64,000 bases of DNA, taken from NCBI GenBank assembly GCA_964590225.1, contig CAZPWS010000003.1:75899-139898 (forward strand). Direction: 5' to 3'. Positions 46,335-57,900 of the stretch are shown here, piece by piece. The stretch's first letter is position 1, and every line of letters begins with the position of its first letter. The DNA comes from an uncultured Fibrobacterota bacterium. GTDB taxonomy: Bacteria; Fibrobacterota; OXYB2-FULL-49-7; JAEUSG01. The position numbers were made by a program, and so were the translations under genes. The notes below the pieces were generated by a model. The model had not been told where the DNA came from, made no database searches, and saw only the letters and a program-made list of their open reading frames with translations.

Positions 46335-48434
46335 TTATTTTAGGTTGTTTCTGTACTCTCCTGGTGTGCACCCGACAATTTTTTTGAATGTTTTTATAAA
46401 GTAATTGATATTGTCGTAACCAAGATAAAAACCGATCTGCGATATGTTTTTCTCTGTCGTGGCAAGTAGTTGTTTTGCCTTTTCAATTTTAAGTCGGTTA
46501 ACAAATTCTGGGAAAAGCTTTATGTTGTATTCCTTGAGCATTCTTCTGAAATAATTTTCGGTTAGCCCAAGTGCCTTTATGGCGCTTTGTGTAGTGATTT
46601 TTTCGGTTATATGCGATTCGATATATGAAGTGAGTTGATTGTCGATTACTGGTTTGCTTATTTCTAAATCTCTATAAATTTTGCGTTTTACAATAAAGAT
46701 AATAGCGATTATTGCTAAAATTGAAGCCAATGTGATAAAAACAATTTTGGGGCGCAAACTACCGATTTTATTTTCAACAACTATCTTGGCCGTAGTTAAG
46801 TTAGATGTCTGACCATTATAGTCGTTTTTTTTATATAGATTAAAGACGGCAGCGATAAACCAATTACCCAGAGTTGCCTCTTTAAGAAGCTTGAATCTGA
46901 TAATTATTTCGTTATTTACAGTGTCTATTTTTGGAAGACCTTCTTGCAGCGAAGTGTAGAGGCCGTTGAAGTTATTCAATGAAATTTTGGTTGATTTTGA
47001 CGAACCAACATTAACTTTTTCAAATACTGCAATCTCTTCTTGTGTTAAAAGGGTTTTGCTCGATATGTTGAATACATAGTTCTTGTCGGGTAGAAAAACG
47101 CCACCTTTATTTGTAATATTTCCCTCTGTGTAGCTTTCGTGATGGAGCCAGGCAATTAGATAACCGGTAAACCCCCCTTTCGATGTTGCTGGAATACTAT
47201 TGGTAAAGGGAATGTGTAAATCATACCATTGTTCATGGCCAATGTGTGAAATGGGGGATTTATGCCCCTTCATGGTAACAAAGGGAACCCCAATCCTTAT
47301 AGGTAGCTCTCTTTGAATATTGACTGTAAACTCACTTATATCGCTATAGTCACTCCAATTGTTGAATTTGTTTTTAATGGCTGTCTTATAGAAATATTTC
47401 CCAGAATCAAGTTCAAACGGTAATGTGAAATTGTTTATTTGGCGTGGGTCCAATATCGTAATGTCATATATAGGACGATAAACATTGGATTGATTATGAA
47501 GAATAAATCTTGCCGATTTTATGTCCGTCAAAAAATATTTGTCAATTTCTGTTGAGCATCCTACTGTTGCGACGAAACCATTGATCAAAGCCCGTTTTGC
47601 TATGGGGCGGATTGGCTTGGGAAATAGGCGAGAGGTTGAAAAAACGATATCATCGAAATCGATTTTTATCTCTCCGTAGTGCCATGAGCCATAATCTGCC
47701 CATATTTTGCTACCAATAAAACTTTTTTTGTACGGGTATCTGCAGCCTGTTCTCCACATTTCTTTACCGTCTAAATAAAATGTTAACCCAATACTATCTT
47801 TTCCAATGAATTTCACCTGTTTTTCAATGCAATAGGCTCTTTGGGTAATAATGGGTGTATCGAACAAAAGGTTTTTGGCAGAATCAGCTGTTGGTCTCAA
47901 ACGACATTGGAGCTTGAAGATGTTACTCTTTTCCGTAGTAAACCATATGGTCTCAATTGTGGATGCCGGTTGATCGCTTTGAAGCTTTTCGAAGAAATTG
48001 AGACTCAATATTGGCATAAAAAAGATAGAGTGAAGTTTTTTTTCTGAATTTCTGTCAACCCTTATATAATATCTTAGCCAGAATTCTGTTAGGAAGGGCA
48101 TTTCTGAAAAAAGTGTTGCTGTCCCTTCTATTTCTTTAGATAGCGAGAGGCCGTACTCTCCATTTATTGCAGCCTCTTTAGAAAAGATTTTCAAAGAGTC
48201 TTTTGGTTGCGAGAGGAGAGCTTCCCAATGATAAATTTCAGTTGATGTGTCACTGTAAAAAAATACAGGTGTCTTTTTCTCAATCGCCCCAGCATTTATT
48301 ATTGAAATGCCCAGAATCAAAAAAAAAAGATATTTATTGATGCCATTTTTACAGATCATAGTGAACAGCCTTAATTTACTGAAAAATACTATTGAATTCC
48401 TAAAGAGTGCTATTAAAAAGGCAAAGAGTAGCAT
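46335..48434 (-). CDS. Membrane-spanning one-component AraC-family transcriptional regulator with a large extracytoplasmic sensor domain
   Basis: It has an N-terminal hydrophobic segment, a ~520-aa non-cytoplasmic domain, a single TM helix (IVFITLASILAIIAIIFIV) and a C-terminal AraC-type double HTH (…NISQIGFYLGYDNINYFIKTFKK…GCTPGEYR). Confidence 0.8.
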   Translation of the reverse strand: MLLFAFLIALFRNSIVFFSKLRLFTMICKNGINKYLFFLILGISIINAGAIEKKTPVFFYSDTSTEIYHWEALLSQPKDSLKIFSKEAAINGEYGLSLSKEIEGTATLFSEMPFLTEFWLRYYIRVDRNSEKKLHSIFFMPILSLNFFEKLQSDQPASTIETIWFTTEKSNIFKLQCRLRPTADSAKNLLFDTPIITQRAYCIEKQVKFIGKDSIGLTFYLDGKEMWRTGCRYPYKKSFIGSKIWADYGSWHYGEIKIDFDDIVFSTSRLFPKPIRPIAKRALINGFVATVGCSTEIDKYFLTDIKSARFILHNQSNVYRPIYDITILDPRQINNFTLPFELDSGKYFYKTAIKNKFNNWSDYSDISEFTVNIQRELPIRIGVPFVTMKGHKSPISHIGHEQWYDLHIPFTNSIPATSKGGFTGYLIAWLHHESYTEGNITNKGGVFLPDKNYVFNISSKTLLTQEEIAVFEKVNVGSSKSTKISLNNFNGLYTSLQEGLPKIDTVNNEIIIRFKLLKEATLGNWFIAAVFNLYKKNDYNGQTSNLTTAKIVVENKIGSLRPKIVFITLASILAIIAIIFIVKRKIYRDLEISKPVIDNQLTSYIESHITEKITTQSAIKALGLTENYFRRMLKEYNIKLFPEFVNRLKIEKAKQLLATTEKNISQIGFYLGYDNINYFIKTFKKIVGCTPGEYRNNLK

Positions 48435-48516
48435 GCTTCTTAACGAAGATTTCTACCACATATAGGGTAAAAATGCATATAATATGAATTAAACAATTCA
48501 AAATTGGAGGGAGCGC

Positions 48517-49719
48517 ATGAATAAAAGATTAAGATGGTTTATTTTGGTTTTTTTGCTGGTTGGAGCAGTTCAGTCTGCTGAGAGGTTTATCCCAGAGCCT
48601 TTTACTAATGGTTGGAGTAGTTCAGCATGGGGTCCGGCTATTCAGGCAAACGGAGGGAGTGGGGTTTGCTTATGTAGTGATCGAGAGGGAAATATCTATC
48701 TGGGTGGTTCAAAGAGCTACCAGTATATTGATATCATCACTACTGACGGAATGAGATACCATATTGCTGGAACGGGCGAGAATGGTTTTAGGGACGGTTT
48801 GGCTAAATATGCAATGTTTAAGATGGGCATCAGAGGAGGGGAGTACGGCGATGCGTTTAGTATCGGTTGCCATTCAGATGGGAGTGTCTTTATAGGCGAT
48901 AACGGTAACGCACGGGTGCGGAGGCTATATAAGAACGGTGAAGACAACGAGTGGTATGTGGAGACATGGGCAGGTGGTGGATCTATGTCAACTTCGTCAA
49001 TAGCCATTGGTCAGACCGTTTCCGCTAAAGCTATCGCTCTGCCAGGCTCATTTCAGATTGCTGTTAACAAACATGGGGTTGTGTTTGTTGTGAGTCCTTG
49101 GGGTGGGAATTATATGATAAGCGCGACTGGAGATTCGATAACCAGATTATCTGTATTTCCTGTGGCCGCTGGCTCACCGCTAAATAACAATTACCCTGGT
49201 GCGCTGCAAAGGGGGGCATCGGATACTGTTGGTAATGTTTATTTTGGTGCACGCACGCCAGATAGGGTTTGGAAAATTGATTCCACTGGCACAATAAGCC
49301 ATATAGGCATAAATCCGGATTTGAGAAGCGTTAGGCCGCCTGATGGCCCGCCACTTGCAATATATTTTGATACTCAGACAAGTCTTGCTGCCTCGCCAGA
49401 CGGCAGTTGTGTTTATGTTTGTGGCGGAGATGAATATCGAATTGTCAGAATTCCAACTGACCTGACAACTTATACTTCACAACTAGCGAGAAATGGCTTC
49501 TTTTTCTCAAGTACAGAAGCCACGAAGGGGTGGGGGCAGTATAATACTTTCCAAACAAATGGTAGTGGGACGACTAATCTTACTGTTTGTCATGTTGCGG
49601 GTAATGATATTAATGGGAATTTTTATGGCTGGGTGTATAGCTGGAATGGGAACGGTATGGTAATAGATGGTAAAACGCCTCAATCAGCGCGGTTTAGACT
49701 TCGCAGAGTAGTGGAGTAA
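48517..49719 (+). CDS. Hypothetical secreted protein, NHL/beta-propeller-like repeats
   Basis: It has a signal peptide. Repeated G-x-x-G/Y..D.(G)N.YV-type segments suggest an NHL-like propeller. There is no C-terminal sorting domain. Confidence 0.5.
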   Translation: MNKRLRWFILVFLLVGAVQSAERFIPEPFTNGWSSSAWGPAIQANGGSGVCLCSDREGNIYLGGSKSYQYIDIITTDGMRYHIAGTGENGFRDGLAKYAMFKMGIRGGEYGDAFSIGCHSDGSVFIGDNGNARVRRLYKNGEDNEWYVETWAGGGSMSTSSIAIGQTVSAKAIALPGSFQIAVNKHGVVFVVSPWGGNYMISATGDSITRLSVFPVAAGSPLNNNYPGALQRGASDTVGNVYFGARTPDRVWKIDSTGTISHIGINPDLRSVRPPDGPPLAIYFDTQTSLAASPDGSCVYVCGGDEYRIVRIPTDLTTYTSQLARNGFFFSSTEATKGWGQYNTFQTNGSGTTNLTVCHVAGNDINGNFYGWVYSWNGNGMVIDGKTPQSARFRLRRVVE

Positions 49720-49723
49720 AAAA

Positions 49724-51199
49724 ATGGGAGCAAAAAAAATGAAAAACAATATTTTCTTAACAGTATTAATGGTATCGCTTTTTGCAGTTAGTTCATACGG
49801 TGAGTTTCTTATTGCAGGTGGAGCTAAAAATCAAGATGGTGCTCTGATAGCTCCCTGTTCTGATGGATTTATTGCTGTTTGGAATGCAGTTGACAGTAAT
49901 GGGTATTATAGAATCCATGCAGGGCGAATTGGGTTTTCAGGTGTACTTGAAAGGGTAACTGGAGTTGTTGACGGCGGTGGTGTGTCAAGGTTGGGCGTTA
50001 GACAAGTTTTGGCTTCAATAGAAAATGATCAGTATTTGTTAAGCTGGTATGCACATGCGGAATGGAGTGCGGGTGCAGGTCAGAATCTTAGCAGAAGAAG
50101 TTCGTTGTCGTGGAATGGTTCTGACCTCATAACCGGTTCTACTTTGGCTGGTGGCACGCTTGGAAGTGGTCCATTTACTACCAATGGAGCAAGCTGGGTT
50201 TATATTACAAGAACTTTTGAGGGTAGGGGGAGCGGTGAATTCGTCCGCCTTTATTTTAACTCTCCTTCCGCATCTACTGTTACAAGACAGGTAGTTGGCT
50301 GGGGAGCAGATATTGCACACGGTTCGGGCTATTACCTCTCCGTACATCGCGGCAGTCTTGAGGATGCGAGCAGATTATACGCCTACCGTTTTGATACAAC
50401 TTCACTATTTACAAGACTTGACAGCACTCTCGTTTACAACAGTGGAGGTAATATTTTATCAGATCCGAAAATTGCGTATGGGGGAGGTCAGTTTCTTTTA
50501 GTGTATGTTGAGGATGAAGGTAATGGGCGAATTAGGCTTAAAGGGCGTTTTCTTTCTGGTACTACAACACTTAGCATAGGTTCTTCATTTGACATTGCTC
50601 CTAATGCACCAGATAACAGGGAACAAATTGCTCCACGAATTGCTTATGATTCGCTTGCCGGAAACTTTATAGTTGTGTGGCAGCAGGGGCGACCGTTTAT
50701 GGGAGATTTGGAAACTGATATTTACTCTGCAAGGGTTGGTGGAGATGGATTGATTGACAGTATTCCTTTTGTTGTCTGTGCGGCTACTAATAGCCAGGAG
50801 CTACCACGAATAGTTTGCAAAAATGGGCTTTCCCTTGTAACATGGAATGACTTAAGAAATGGAGAGGATTGGGATATTTACGGTAGATTGCTCACTCAGA
50901 CCTCTTTTACAACAGGTCTTGAAGAGTTGGTTGATGTTGTGAGCGAGTCCATACTGCAAGCATCACCCAATCCATTTAATCCCGATGTCCGCATATCTGT
51001 AAAGGGCTGGCAGAAGGGAATGGCGTTGGATATTGTTGATGTGAGCGGCAAGGTTGTAGCATCTTTGACTAACCGCATGGAAAAGGGAATGGAAAAAAGT
51101 GTTACATGGAAGGCTTCCGGTTTGTCATCTGGTTTATATGTTGCGGTTCTTCGGAACGGCGGCACGACTCTCAGGAAGAAGATGATGTTTTTAAGATGA
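49724..51199 (+). CDS. Secreted beta-rich protein with a T9SS-type C-terminal sorting domain
   Basis: It has a signal peptide. The C-terminal ~80 aa (SPNPFNPDVRISV...LYVAVLRNGGTTLRKKMMFLR) fit the Por-secretion-tail (T9SS CTD) pattern. They are nearly identical to the C-termini of the next two cargo genes. Confidence 0.6.
   Translation: MGAKKMKNNIFLTVLMVSLFAVSSYGEFLIAGGAKNQDGALIAPCSDGFIAVWNAVDSNGYYRIHAGRIGFSGVLERVTGVVDGGGVSRLGVRQVLASIENDQYLLSWYAHAEWSAGAGQNLSRRSSLSWNGSDLITGSTLAGGTLGSGPFTTNGASWVYITRTFEGRGSGEFVRLYFNSPSASTVTRQVVGWGADIAHGSGYYLSVHRGSLEDASRLYAYRFDTTSLFTRLDSTLVYNSGGNILSDPKIAYGGGQFLLVYVEDEGNGRIRLKGRFLSGTTTLSIGSSFDIAPNAPDNREQIAPRIAYDSLAGNFIVVWQQGRPFMGDLETDIYSARVGGDGLIDSIPFVVCAATNSQELPRIVCKNGLSLVTWNDLRNGEDWDIYGRLLTQTSFTTGLEELVDVVSESILQASPNPFNPDVRISVKGWQKGMALDIVDVSGKVVASLTNRMEKGMEKSVTWKASGLSSGLYVAVLRNGGTTLRKKMMFLR
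50963..51199 (+). repeat. Copy 1 of three ~240-nt near-identical repeats encoding the T9SS C-terminal sorting domain
   Basis: It shares ~90% nucleotide identity over the same length with 54118-54354. The terminal 45 nt (GGCACGACTCTCAGGAAGAAGATGATGTT...) are also shared with 57970-58015. Confidence 0.8.
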
Positions 51200-51222
51200 T
51201 TTTTTGTCCGTGAAAAAGGGGG

Positions 51223-54200
51223 ATGATATTGAGGCTGTTATTATTGTTTTTATTCACAATTACTATCTGTCCACTTGTTAATGCTAACGATGCGGATTCT
51301 CTCAGAACCAGACTCAGGAATGAGTATATATTGGGCGTTTCTGATAGCGCGGTTCACTTCCTTGATGAACAGCTATCAAATGGAAGTTGGTCTGTGATTA
51401 ATTATGAAGATAAATCTTCTGTTGACTGGCAACCAGTAAAACATCTTGCCCGCTTAAGGCAGATGGCAGTTGCTTACAACAATGCGGAACATTCGCATTA
51501 TTCCGACTCAATTCTTAAAGAAGGAATATTGTCCGGTCTTGATTTCTGGTACGATAACGATTCTTCAATAAGCAGCACTAATTGGTGGTATAACGATATT
51601 GGTCAGCAGTTGCAACTTGGGCCGATACTTGCTATGATGTTTGATAGCCTTGATTCGGTAAGAATTGCACGAGGTGCCGGATTCATGATGGAACCAGGCA
51701 TGACTGGTCAAAACAAGCTATGGCTGGCAAAGCAAACCGTGTGGAAAGGATGTATAAGGAGATCGGTAACCGACATTAACCGCGGTCTAAATGCGATTAA
51801 AGGCGAAGTTTATCTAAGCACCGGAGAAGGCATCCAGCATGACTATAGCTTTCACCAGCATGGAGCTTTGCTTTATAGCGGTGGATACGGCAGGGGGTTT
51901 CTTTATGATGTTGTTTTTTGGGTAGTTATGTCACAGCGTTTGTCATTTGCTTTTGATAGTGCTAAACTATCTATTCTAAACGGCTTTATTCTCGATGGCA
52001 GCCAATGGATGATTAGGCGTAGTTACTGGGATTATGCTGTCGGAGGAAGGGAAATTGCGCGAAAAACATGGGGTAGAGCAACCTCAGGACTTTTGAGAGA
52101 TAAACAAAGTAGCAGAGTTGATGAAATACTGAGATTTGTAGATCATATCGAAGGAAAGAACGATTCCGCACTTACCGGAAACAGACATTTCTGGCGGTCG
52201 GATTATCATGTTCATCGACGGAAAAATTTCCATTTATCAATACGCATGTGTTCAGATCGTGTATATGGTAGCGAGAGTATTAATAATGAGAATATGAAGA
52301 ATAACTACTTGTCATTTGGCTCTATTTCTCTTTTGAGAACAGGTGATGAATATTATGAAATCTTTCCAATGTGGGATTGGGGTCGTATTCCCGGCGTTAC
52401 ATCTCCATATAAATGGAATCCCGGCGGAAGTACTTTTAAAGGGACTACTAAATTCGCTGGCGGTGCGAGTAACGGTGTTTATGGAGTTGCAGGGCTTGAT
52501 TTAAACCGTGATGGAGTTACCGGACGCAAGGCATGGTTCTGTTTTGAGAATGATGTTGTGGCTTTGGGAGCGTCTATCAAAAGAACAAGCGGAACAGAGC
52601 CTGTTTACACATCGTTGAATCAGTGTTGGCTAAGGGGTGAAGTATGGAGTGGGCTTAATAGTGGTATGGACGAAATTCAGCCACAGGGACTTAGAACACT
52701 TGAGTCTCCCAAATGGATTTTTCATGATAGTGTAGGTTACATATTTCCATCCGCCACTTCTTTAACTATCAAAAATGAAGAGCAAACAGGTACATGGTAT
52801 TCAATCAATAGACAATATTCGACAGATGTTGCAGTTGGCGATGTTTTTAGTCTTTGGATTAATCATGGCGTGATCCCGTCAGATGCCCAATACGAATATG
52901 TAATGCTTTCCGGTGTGAGCAGGGATGATGTTAAAAATTATGCAGACTCCATTCCGTTTAGTACGCTATCAAACACGGAGGATTTACAGGCTGTTAGGCA
53001 TGAATTGCAGAAAGTATCGGGGGCTGTTTTTTACAAGGAGGGATATCTTCTTTTACGATACGGTTTGGCCGTTGAAGTTGATAAACCATGTATAATTCTC
53101 GTTGACGAAAGCGGAGACAAATACCGCGTTACTGTTTCAAACCCTCTCAACACATCATCAACGGTTAATGTTTCGCTGTATACGGCCGGCGGTGTAAAGG
53201 AGACGGTGCCTTTTATTCTTCCCAGCGGAAACAATGCCGGAAGCAGTGTGATAATGGAATACACAGCTTCTGTTATACAACATCGCTCTAAATCTTTTGT
53301 TAAGGTTACAGTTATCGACAGCGTTAGCAGAAATCCGATAGAGAATGTTAAAGTGCGAGAGGTTAATAGCGTATCTGTCCCCGTATATACAAATTCTTAC
53401 GGAGAAGCCTTTTTCCCTTCCGATTCAGGTAATATAGCGATAGAAGCCTCTATTCCCTTTTATGCTGCAAAAACCACGCAAATTTCCGTGATGGAAGGGG
53501 ATACTGGTAGTCTGGAAATAACGATATCACCTTTGAATATATCGAGTATAAAAATAGTACCCGATGATGACGCATATGTCCGGAGTGGAACACCTTACAA
53601 TAGTCAAAACTATGGGTTGTCATCAACATTGGTGGCTAAAATAGGCGGTACCATTTATGACAGAGACTCGTATCTAAAATTTGATCTTTCGGCTATTGAT
53701 CCTGCAAAGATGATCGGAGCTGTGCTAAGATTGTACACTATGTCGAAACAGCCTGCAACTGCGCAGTCAGTTGTTGTGTATGGAGTATCCGATAATAATT
53801 GGCAGGAGTCAACTATTACATGGAATAATAAACCTTCAATCGGCTCAGCAGTTGTTTCCAGAACAATAGCAGCAGATACGCTTATGTATCATGAATGGAA
53901 TGTTTTTGAATATGTGTCGGCTAATTCTGCGACAGACGGTATTGTAAGTTTTTGCGTAAGACCGGCTACAAACGCAATAACCTGGCTATCATTCGCAAGC
54001 AAGGAAGATACGGTTGTCTGGAGACGACCCTATCTTGAGATTTTTGAAGACTCAATGCCAACAGGTGTTGGCCAGGGAGCTATTCAGGAAATATTTGGTT
54101 CGATTGGGATTTCTGTAAGCCCTAACCCCTTTAATCCTGCTGTTCGCATATCTGTAAAAGGATGGCAGAAGGGAATGGATCTGAATATTGTTGATGTGAA

Positions 54201-54354
54201 CGGCAAGGTTGTGGCTTCTATGACTGCCCGTATGGAAAAGGGAATGGAAAAAAGTGTTACATGGAAGGCTTCCGGTTTGTCATCGGGTCTATATTTGGCA
54301 GTTCTTAGGAATGGCGGCACGACTATCAGGAAGAAGATGATGTTGATAAGATGA
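51223..54354 (+). CDS. Polysaccharide lyase family 8 (chondroitin AC / hyaluronate / xanthan lyase-like) with extra C-terminal beta domains and a T9SS CTD
   Basis: There is collinear similarity to Pedobacter chondroitinase AC: NWWYNDIG, EGIQHDYSFHQHG, YEIFPMWDWGRIPGVTS, NGVYGVAG...KAWFCF, TSLNQCWL, GDVFSLWINHG...AQYEYVML and EVDKPCIILV. It has a signal peptide and a C-terminal NPFNP...GGTTIRKKMMLIR domain. Confidence 0.85.
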   Translation: MILRLLLLFLFTITICPLVNANDADSLRTRLRNEYILGVSDSAVHFLDEQLSNGSWSVINYEDKSSVDWQPVKHLARLRQMAVAYNNAEHSHYSDSILKEGILSGLDFWYDNDSSISSTNWWYNDIGQQLQLGPILAMMFDSLDSVRIARGAGFMMEPGMTGQNKLWLAKQTVWKGCIRRSVTDINRGLNAIKGEVYLSTGEGIQHDYSFHQHGALLYSGGYGRGFLYDVVFWVVMSQRLSFAFDSAKLSILNGFILDGSQWMIRRSYWDYAVGGREIARKTWGRATSGLLRDKQSSRVDEILRFVDHIEGKNDSALTGNRHFWRSDYHVHRRKNFHLSIRMCSDRVYGSESINNENMKNNYLSFGSISLLRTGDEYYEIFPMWDWGRIPGVTSPYKWNPGGSTFKGTTKFAGGASNGVYGVAGLDLNRDGVTGRKAWFCFENDVVALGASIKRTSGTEPVYTSLNQCWLRGEVWSGLNSGMDEIQPQGLRTLESPKWIFHDSVGYIFPSATSLTIKNEEQTGTWYSINRQYSTDVAVGDVFSLWINHGVIPSDAQYEYVMLSGVSRDDVKNYADSIPFSTLSNTEDLQAVRHELQKVSGAVFYKEGYLLLRYGLAVEVDKPCIILVDESGDKYRVTVSNPLNTSSTVNVSLYTAGGVKETVPFILPSGNNAGSSVIMEYTASVIQHRSKSFVKVTVIDSVSRNPIENVKVREVNSVSVPVYTNSYGEAFFPSDSGNIAIEASIPFYAAKTTQISVMEGDTGSLEITISPLNISSIKIVPDDDAYVRSGTPYNSQNYGLSSTLVAKIGGTIYDRDSYLKFDLSAIDPAKMIGAVLRLYTMSKQPATAQSVVVYGVSDNNWQESTITWNNKPSIGSAVVSRTIAADTLMYHEWNVFEYVSANSATDGIVSFCVRPATNAITWLSFASKEDTVVWRRPYLEIFEDSMPTGVGQGAIQEIFGSIGISVSPNPFNPAVRISVKGWQKGMDLNIVDVNGKVVASMTARMEKGMEKSVTWKASGLSSGLYLAVLRNGGTTIRKKMMLIR
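54118..54354 (+). repeat. Copy 2 of the CTD-encoding repeat
   Basis: See copy 1. It has the same 237-nt length and a near-identical sequence. Confidence 0.8.
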
Positions 54355-54364
54355 GCATGTAATT

Positions 54365-54973
54365 ATGTCTATTAATATAATGGTTACCGCTTTTCTGTTT
54401 AGCTCATTTGTTGTACTACCCGTTTTGTCAATAGAGAGTGGTGCGAGCGCCATTATTGTTAATGATCAATCTGTTCCACTGGAAGAGTTTCTGCTTGTAG
54501 CGGCCAGAAAAAAGGCTTTGGTGTATGACCATTTTTACAAGAAATATGGAGTTCAGCCTAACAGAGCATTCTGGAACTCGAGCTATGGTGATGAAACACC
54601 TTTTAAGCTGTTAAAGGATATGGTTGTAAAGGATCTCGTGCAAATAAAGATCATTCAGCAGCTTGCGTTGAACTATGGGTTGGTAAATGATATTAGTTAC
54701 TCATCTTTTCTTGATAGAATGAAAAAGGAAAACAGGCGTCGTGAAGTAGCTGTTAAGCGGGGGGAAGTCATCTATGGACCTATTCAATATTCAAGAGAAG
54801 TTTATTATGACTATGTTAATTCAAACCTGAGTATTGATTTGTGTCGTACATATATGCGTGCCGGAAAAACCCGCAACGAGTACGATGGCTGGATATGGGA
54901 AAAGACAGAAAGAGCCGCAGTAGTAGTTAATGAAAAGGTAATACGGGATTATATAAGCAGAAACAAGTTTTAG
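54365..54973 (+). CDS. Hypothetical secreted protein (202 aa)
   Basis: N-terminal signal/TM segment. No recognisable motifs. It sits between two T9SS cargo genes. Confidence 0.5.
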   Translation: MSINIMVTAFLFSSFVVLPVLSIESGASAIIVNDQSVPLEEFLLVAARKKALVYDHFYKKYGVQPNRAFWNSSYGDETPFKLLKDMVVKDLVQIKIIQQLALNYGLVNDISYSSFLDRMKKENRRREVAVKRGEVIYGPIQYSREVYYDYVNSNLSIDLCRTYMRAGKTRNEYDGWIWEKTERAAVVVNEKVIRDYISRNKF

Positions 54974-54994
54974 CCAATATTTGATTTTTCCACA

Positions 54995-57900
54995 TTGGAG
55001 GAAAACATGTTCAAAAATTTCTTTGTGATTTCGTGGTTTGTAGCGTTGTTTACATTCTGTGTATATGGAGCAAACTACTATGTTGACAATATCAACGGCT
55101 CTGATGACAATGGCGGAATAACACCTTCTTTGGCATGGCAGACGCTAACCAAAGTTAACAGTATTGAATCGTTTCAACCGGGCGACAGCATATTGTTAAT
55201 ATCCGGAGGGGTGTGGACAGGATCGCTTAAGCCGAATGGTTCGGGTTCTGAGGGTAATCCTATCGTACTCGGTAAATATGGTGGTGAGGCACGCCCCATA
55301 ATAAACGGTGGAGGATTAGATGTTGTTGCTCCGGTGGCGCTCCGCAATCAATCTTACTGGGTCATTCGCGATCTTGAAATCACCAATAATAATAATAACG
55401 AAAGAGATGGGATTCGTCGACGGGGTTTATCAGTAACAAATCCCAGTGGTGGGATTATGAATAGCATTCATGTACTTAACAATTATGTGCATCATGTGAG
55501 GGGTTCATTGCATGGAGCGATGGCATTTGGTGGTATCGTCTTTGTTGCCGATTCGAATTATGTGATGCCAAGTAAAGATGGGACAAACAGTTTTAATGAT
55601 GTGCTTGTAGAAGGTAATATTGTATCTCATACAAGTCGCACAGGTATTAGTTTTTGGGACTACTCCTGGCAAAAAGCTAATCAAGCTTCGACTAATGTTA
55701 AAATTCGCAATAATGTCGTTTCTTATCCGGATGGTGATGGTATCCTTTCGTACGGATGCATACTAGATACGCTTGAACATAATATTGCACACCACTGTTC
55801 AAATTTTACCGACCCTGCGACCAACTGGATTGTCAGCGCTGGTATATGGACCACGCGCGGTTATTATTCTGTGATCCAGTTTAACGAAGCCTATGCGCAT
55901 CAATATGCCGGAGCTGATGGTCAGGGATTCGATATTGATGGTCTCTCAACAGGCACTATTCTGCAGTACAATTATAGCCATGACAATTATGGCGGTTTTC
56001 TATTGCTTTGCTGGGACGCTAATAATAAGAACCCCATTGTTAGATACAATATAAGCCAGAACGATGGAAGACATCTAATTCGTATTAGCGCCTCTAATGC
56101 TCATATTTATAACAATGTTTTTTATATAGGTCACGGCATGTCAACCAAGATTGTTGAAGATGAAGGAGGGACTGCTGTTTTTAACAACAACATCATTTAT
56201 AATTATGGTAGCGGGGGTTATAATTTTCCTGGTGGGACATGGTCGCATAATTCGTTTTACGGGAATCATCCAGCGAGTGAGCCTTCGGATCCCTACAAAC
56301 TAACCAGCGATCCCCTGCTTGTAGCGCCTGGAAGTGGCGGCATTGGGCGGGCATCGGTGGAAGGCTATCGATTGCAGGTTGGTTCGCCCTCTCTTGGTTC
56401 TGGCTTGTTAATAAGTGGCAGTGGCGGCAAGGATTTTTGGGGCAACCCTGTTTCATCTGTAGCAGCACCGAACAGAGGTGTATATTCAGGTTTAGGCATA
56501 TATACCGGTAATGACACAGCGGTGATTGTTTCGCTTTCCTGCATTGCGGCGGATTCTGTGGTGGTTCCGTTTCAGGTTACACCGCTCACATTAATTGCTG
56601 AGCGTGAAGGTGGCGTTTTTGATACAGTGACATCATCTGGTCAATATGTGTCGCTTGATACAAGTGTGGTAATTGTTAATGTTTTTAGTGGGCTTGTGAC
56701 CGCTGTTTCAGTTGGAAATGGAAGAATTGTAGGATGTTTTTACAACGCATTTGGTCCTGCCTATGACACATTGGTGATACGGGTTGTTCCGGACACTGCG
56801 CCGCATCCTGATTCCATTAGTCTTGCCACAGATTCAATATCGTTGGTACTGTCGCCATTGGACAGCGTTAAGATAGGTGTGGCTGGATATTTTCATTCGA
56901 GTTATGCATCATGGTCTCGTGACATGAGTAATGAAGTTGTCTGGTCAAGTGGTGACGAATCGGTGGTCACGGTGAGTGAGGGCTGGCTTAAGAGCGTTTC
57001 GGCAGGAGGGCCGGTTATGGTGACGGCTGGATTTGATGGTAAATACGATACCTGTTTCGTTACGGTTTCGCCCTTTATAAATGTTCCCATTGGGTATTGG
57101 GCTTTTGAGAATAGCGGTTTTGACAGTTCGGGTAATGGGCATACGGCTGTGCTTTCTGGCGGCGCCGTGTATGGAACGGGCGCAGTGGGTCAGGGCGTTT
57201 TGCTTGACGGAACAGATGATGTTGTGACAATGGGTCAAAATACGCAGTTTGGCAGCATGGCCAAAATGACAGTTGCCTTATGGCTGCGGCTTAATGCGCT
57301 ACCTCCGAGTGGTACTCAGGTTCCGGTATTGTCAAAGCCTTTTGCTCATAATATTGTTTTAAATAATTCCGGTTCATTCCAGTTTGCCGTTGCTACGACA
57401 TCAAATGGTTGGTACAGCAGCGCTGGTAATGCGGTTACAAGTAAGACGAATCTGGAAACAGATGAGTGGTATTTTATTGTTGGTACATATGATGGTAGCC
57501 GTCTTCGGATATATCTTGATGGGCAATTAGAGAATACTGCTTCGGCTAATATTTCTGGTACAATTGTTTCAAATAGCAATGCGTTACGAATTGGCGATGG
57601 GTCAATTTGGAGCACATTTCGTTATCTTGATGGCGCTATTGATGAGATCCGTATATATAATGAAGCTTTGGGAGAGGGTGAGATACGGCAGTTGTACTTA
57701 CTGCGTGATGACGGAACTACTACGGGTGAATCAGTTGAAGTAGATGAGGACGGTGGATTTAACATGGTTGTTTCACCAAATCCTTTTAACCCTTTTGTTA
57801 ATATATGGGTTTCAGGAATTGCTGATGATTTGTCTTCATTGATTATATATGATGTGAACGGCAGAATGGCGGCGGATTTGTCTAAGACCTTAAAGGGAAA

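Noticed and set aside
50896-51165. Minus-strand ORFs 50896-51165 and 54084-54320 with near-identical translations (MPPFRRTATYKPDDKPEAFHVTLFSIPFS...)
   Set aside because: They are the reverse complement of the repeated T9SS C-terminal-domain cassette. Their similarity to each other comes from the sense-strand repeat and is not evidence of a gene family.
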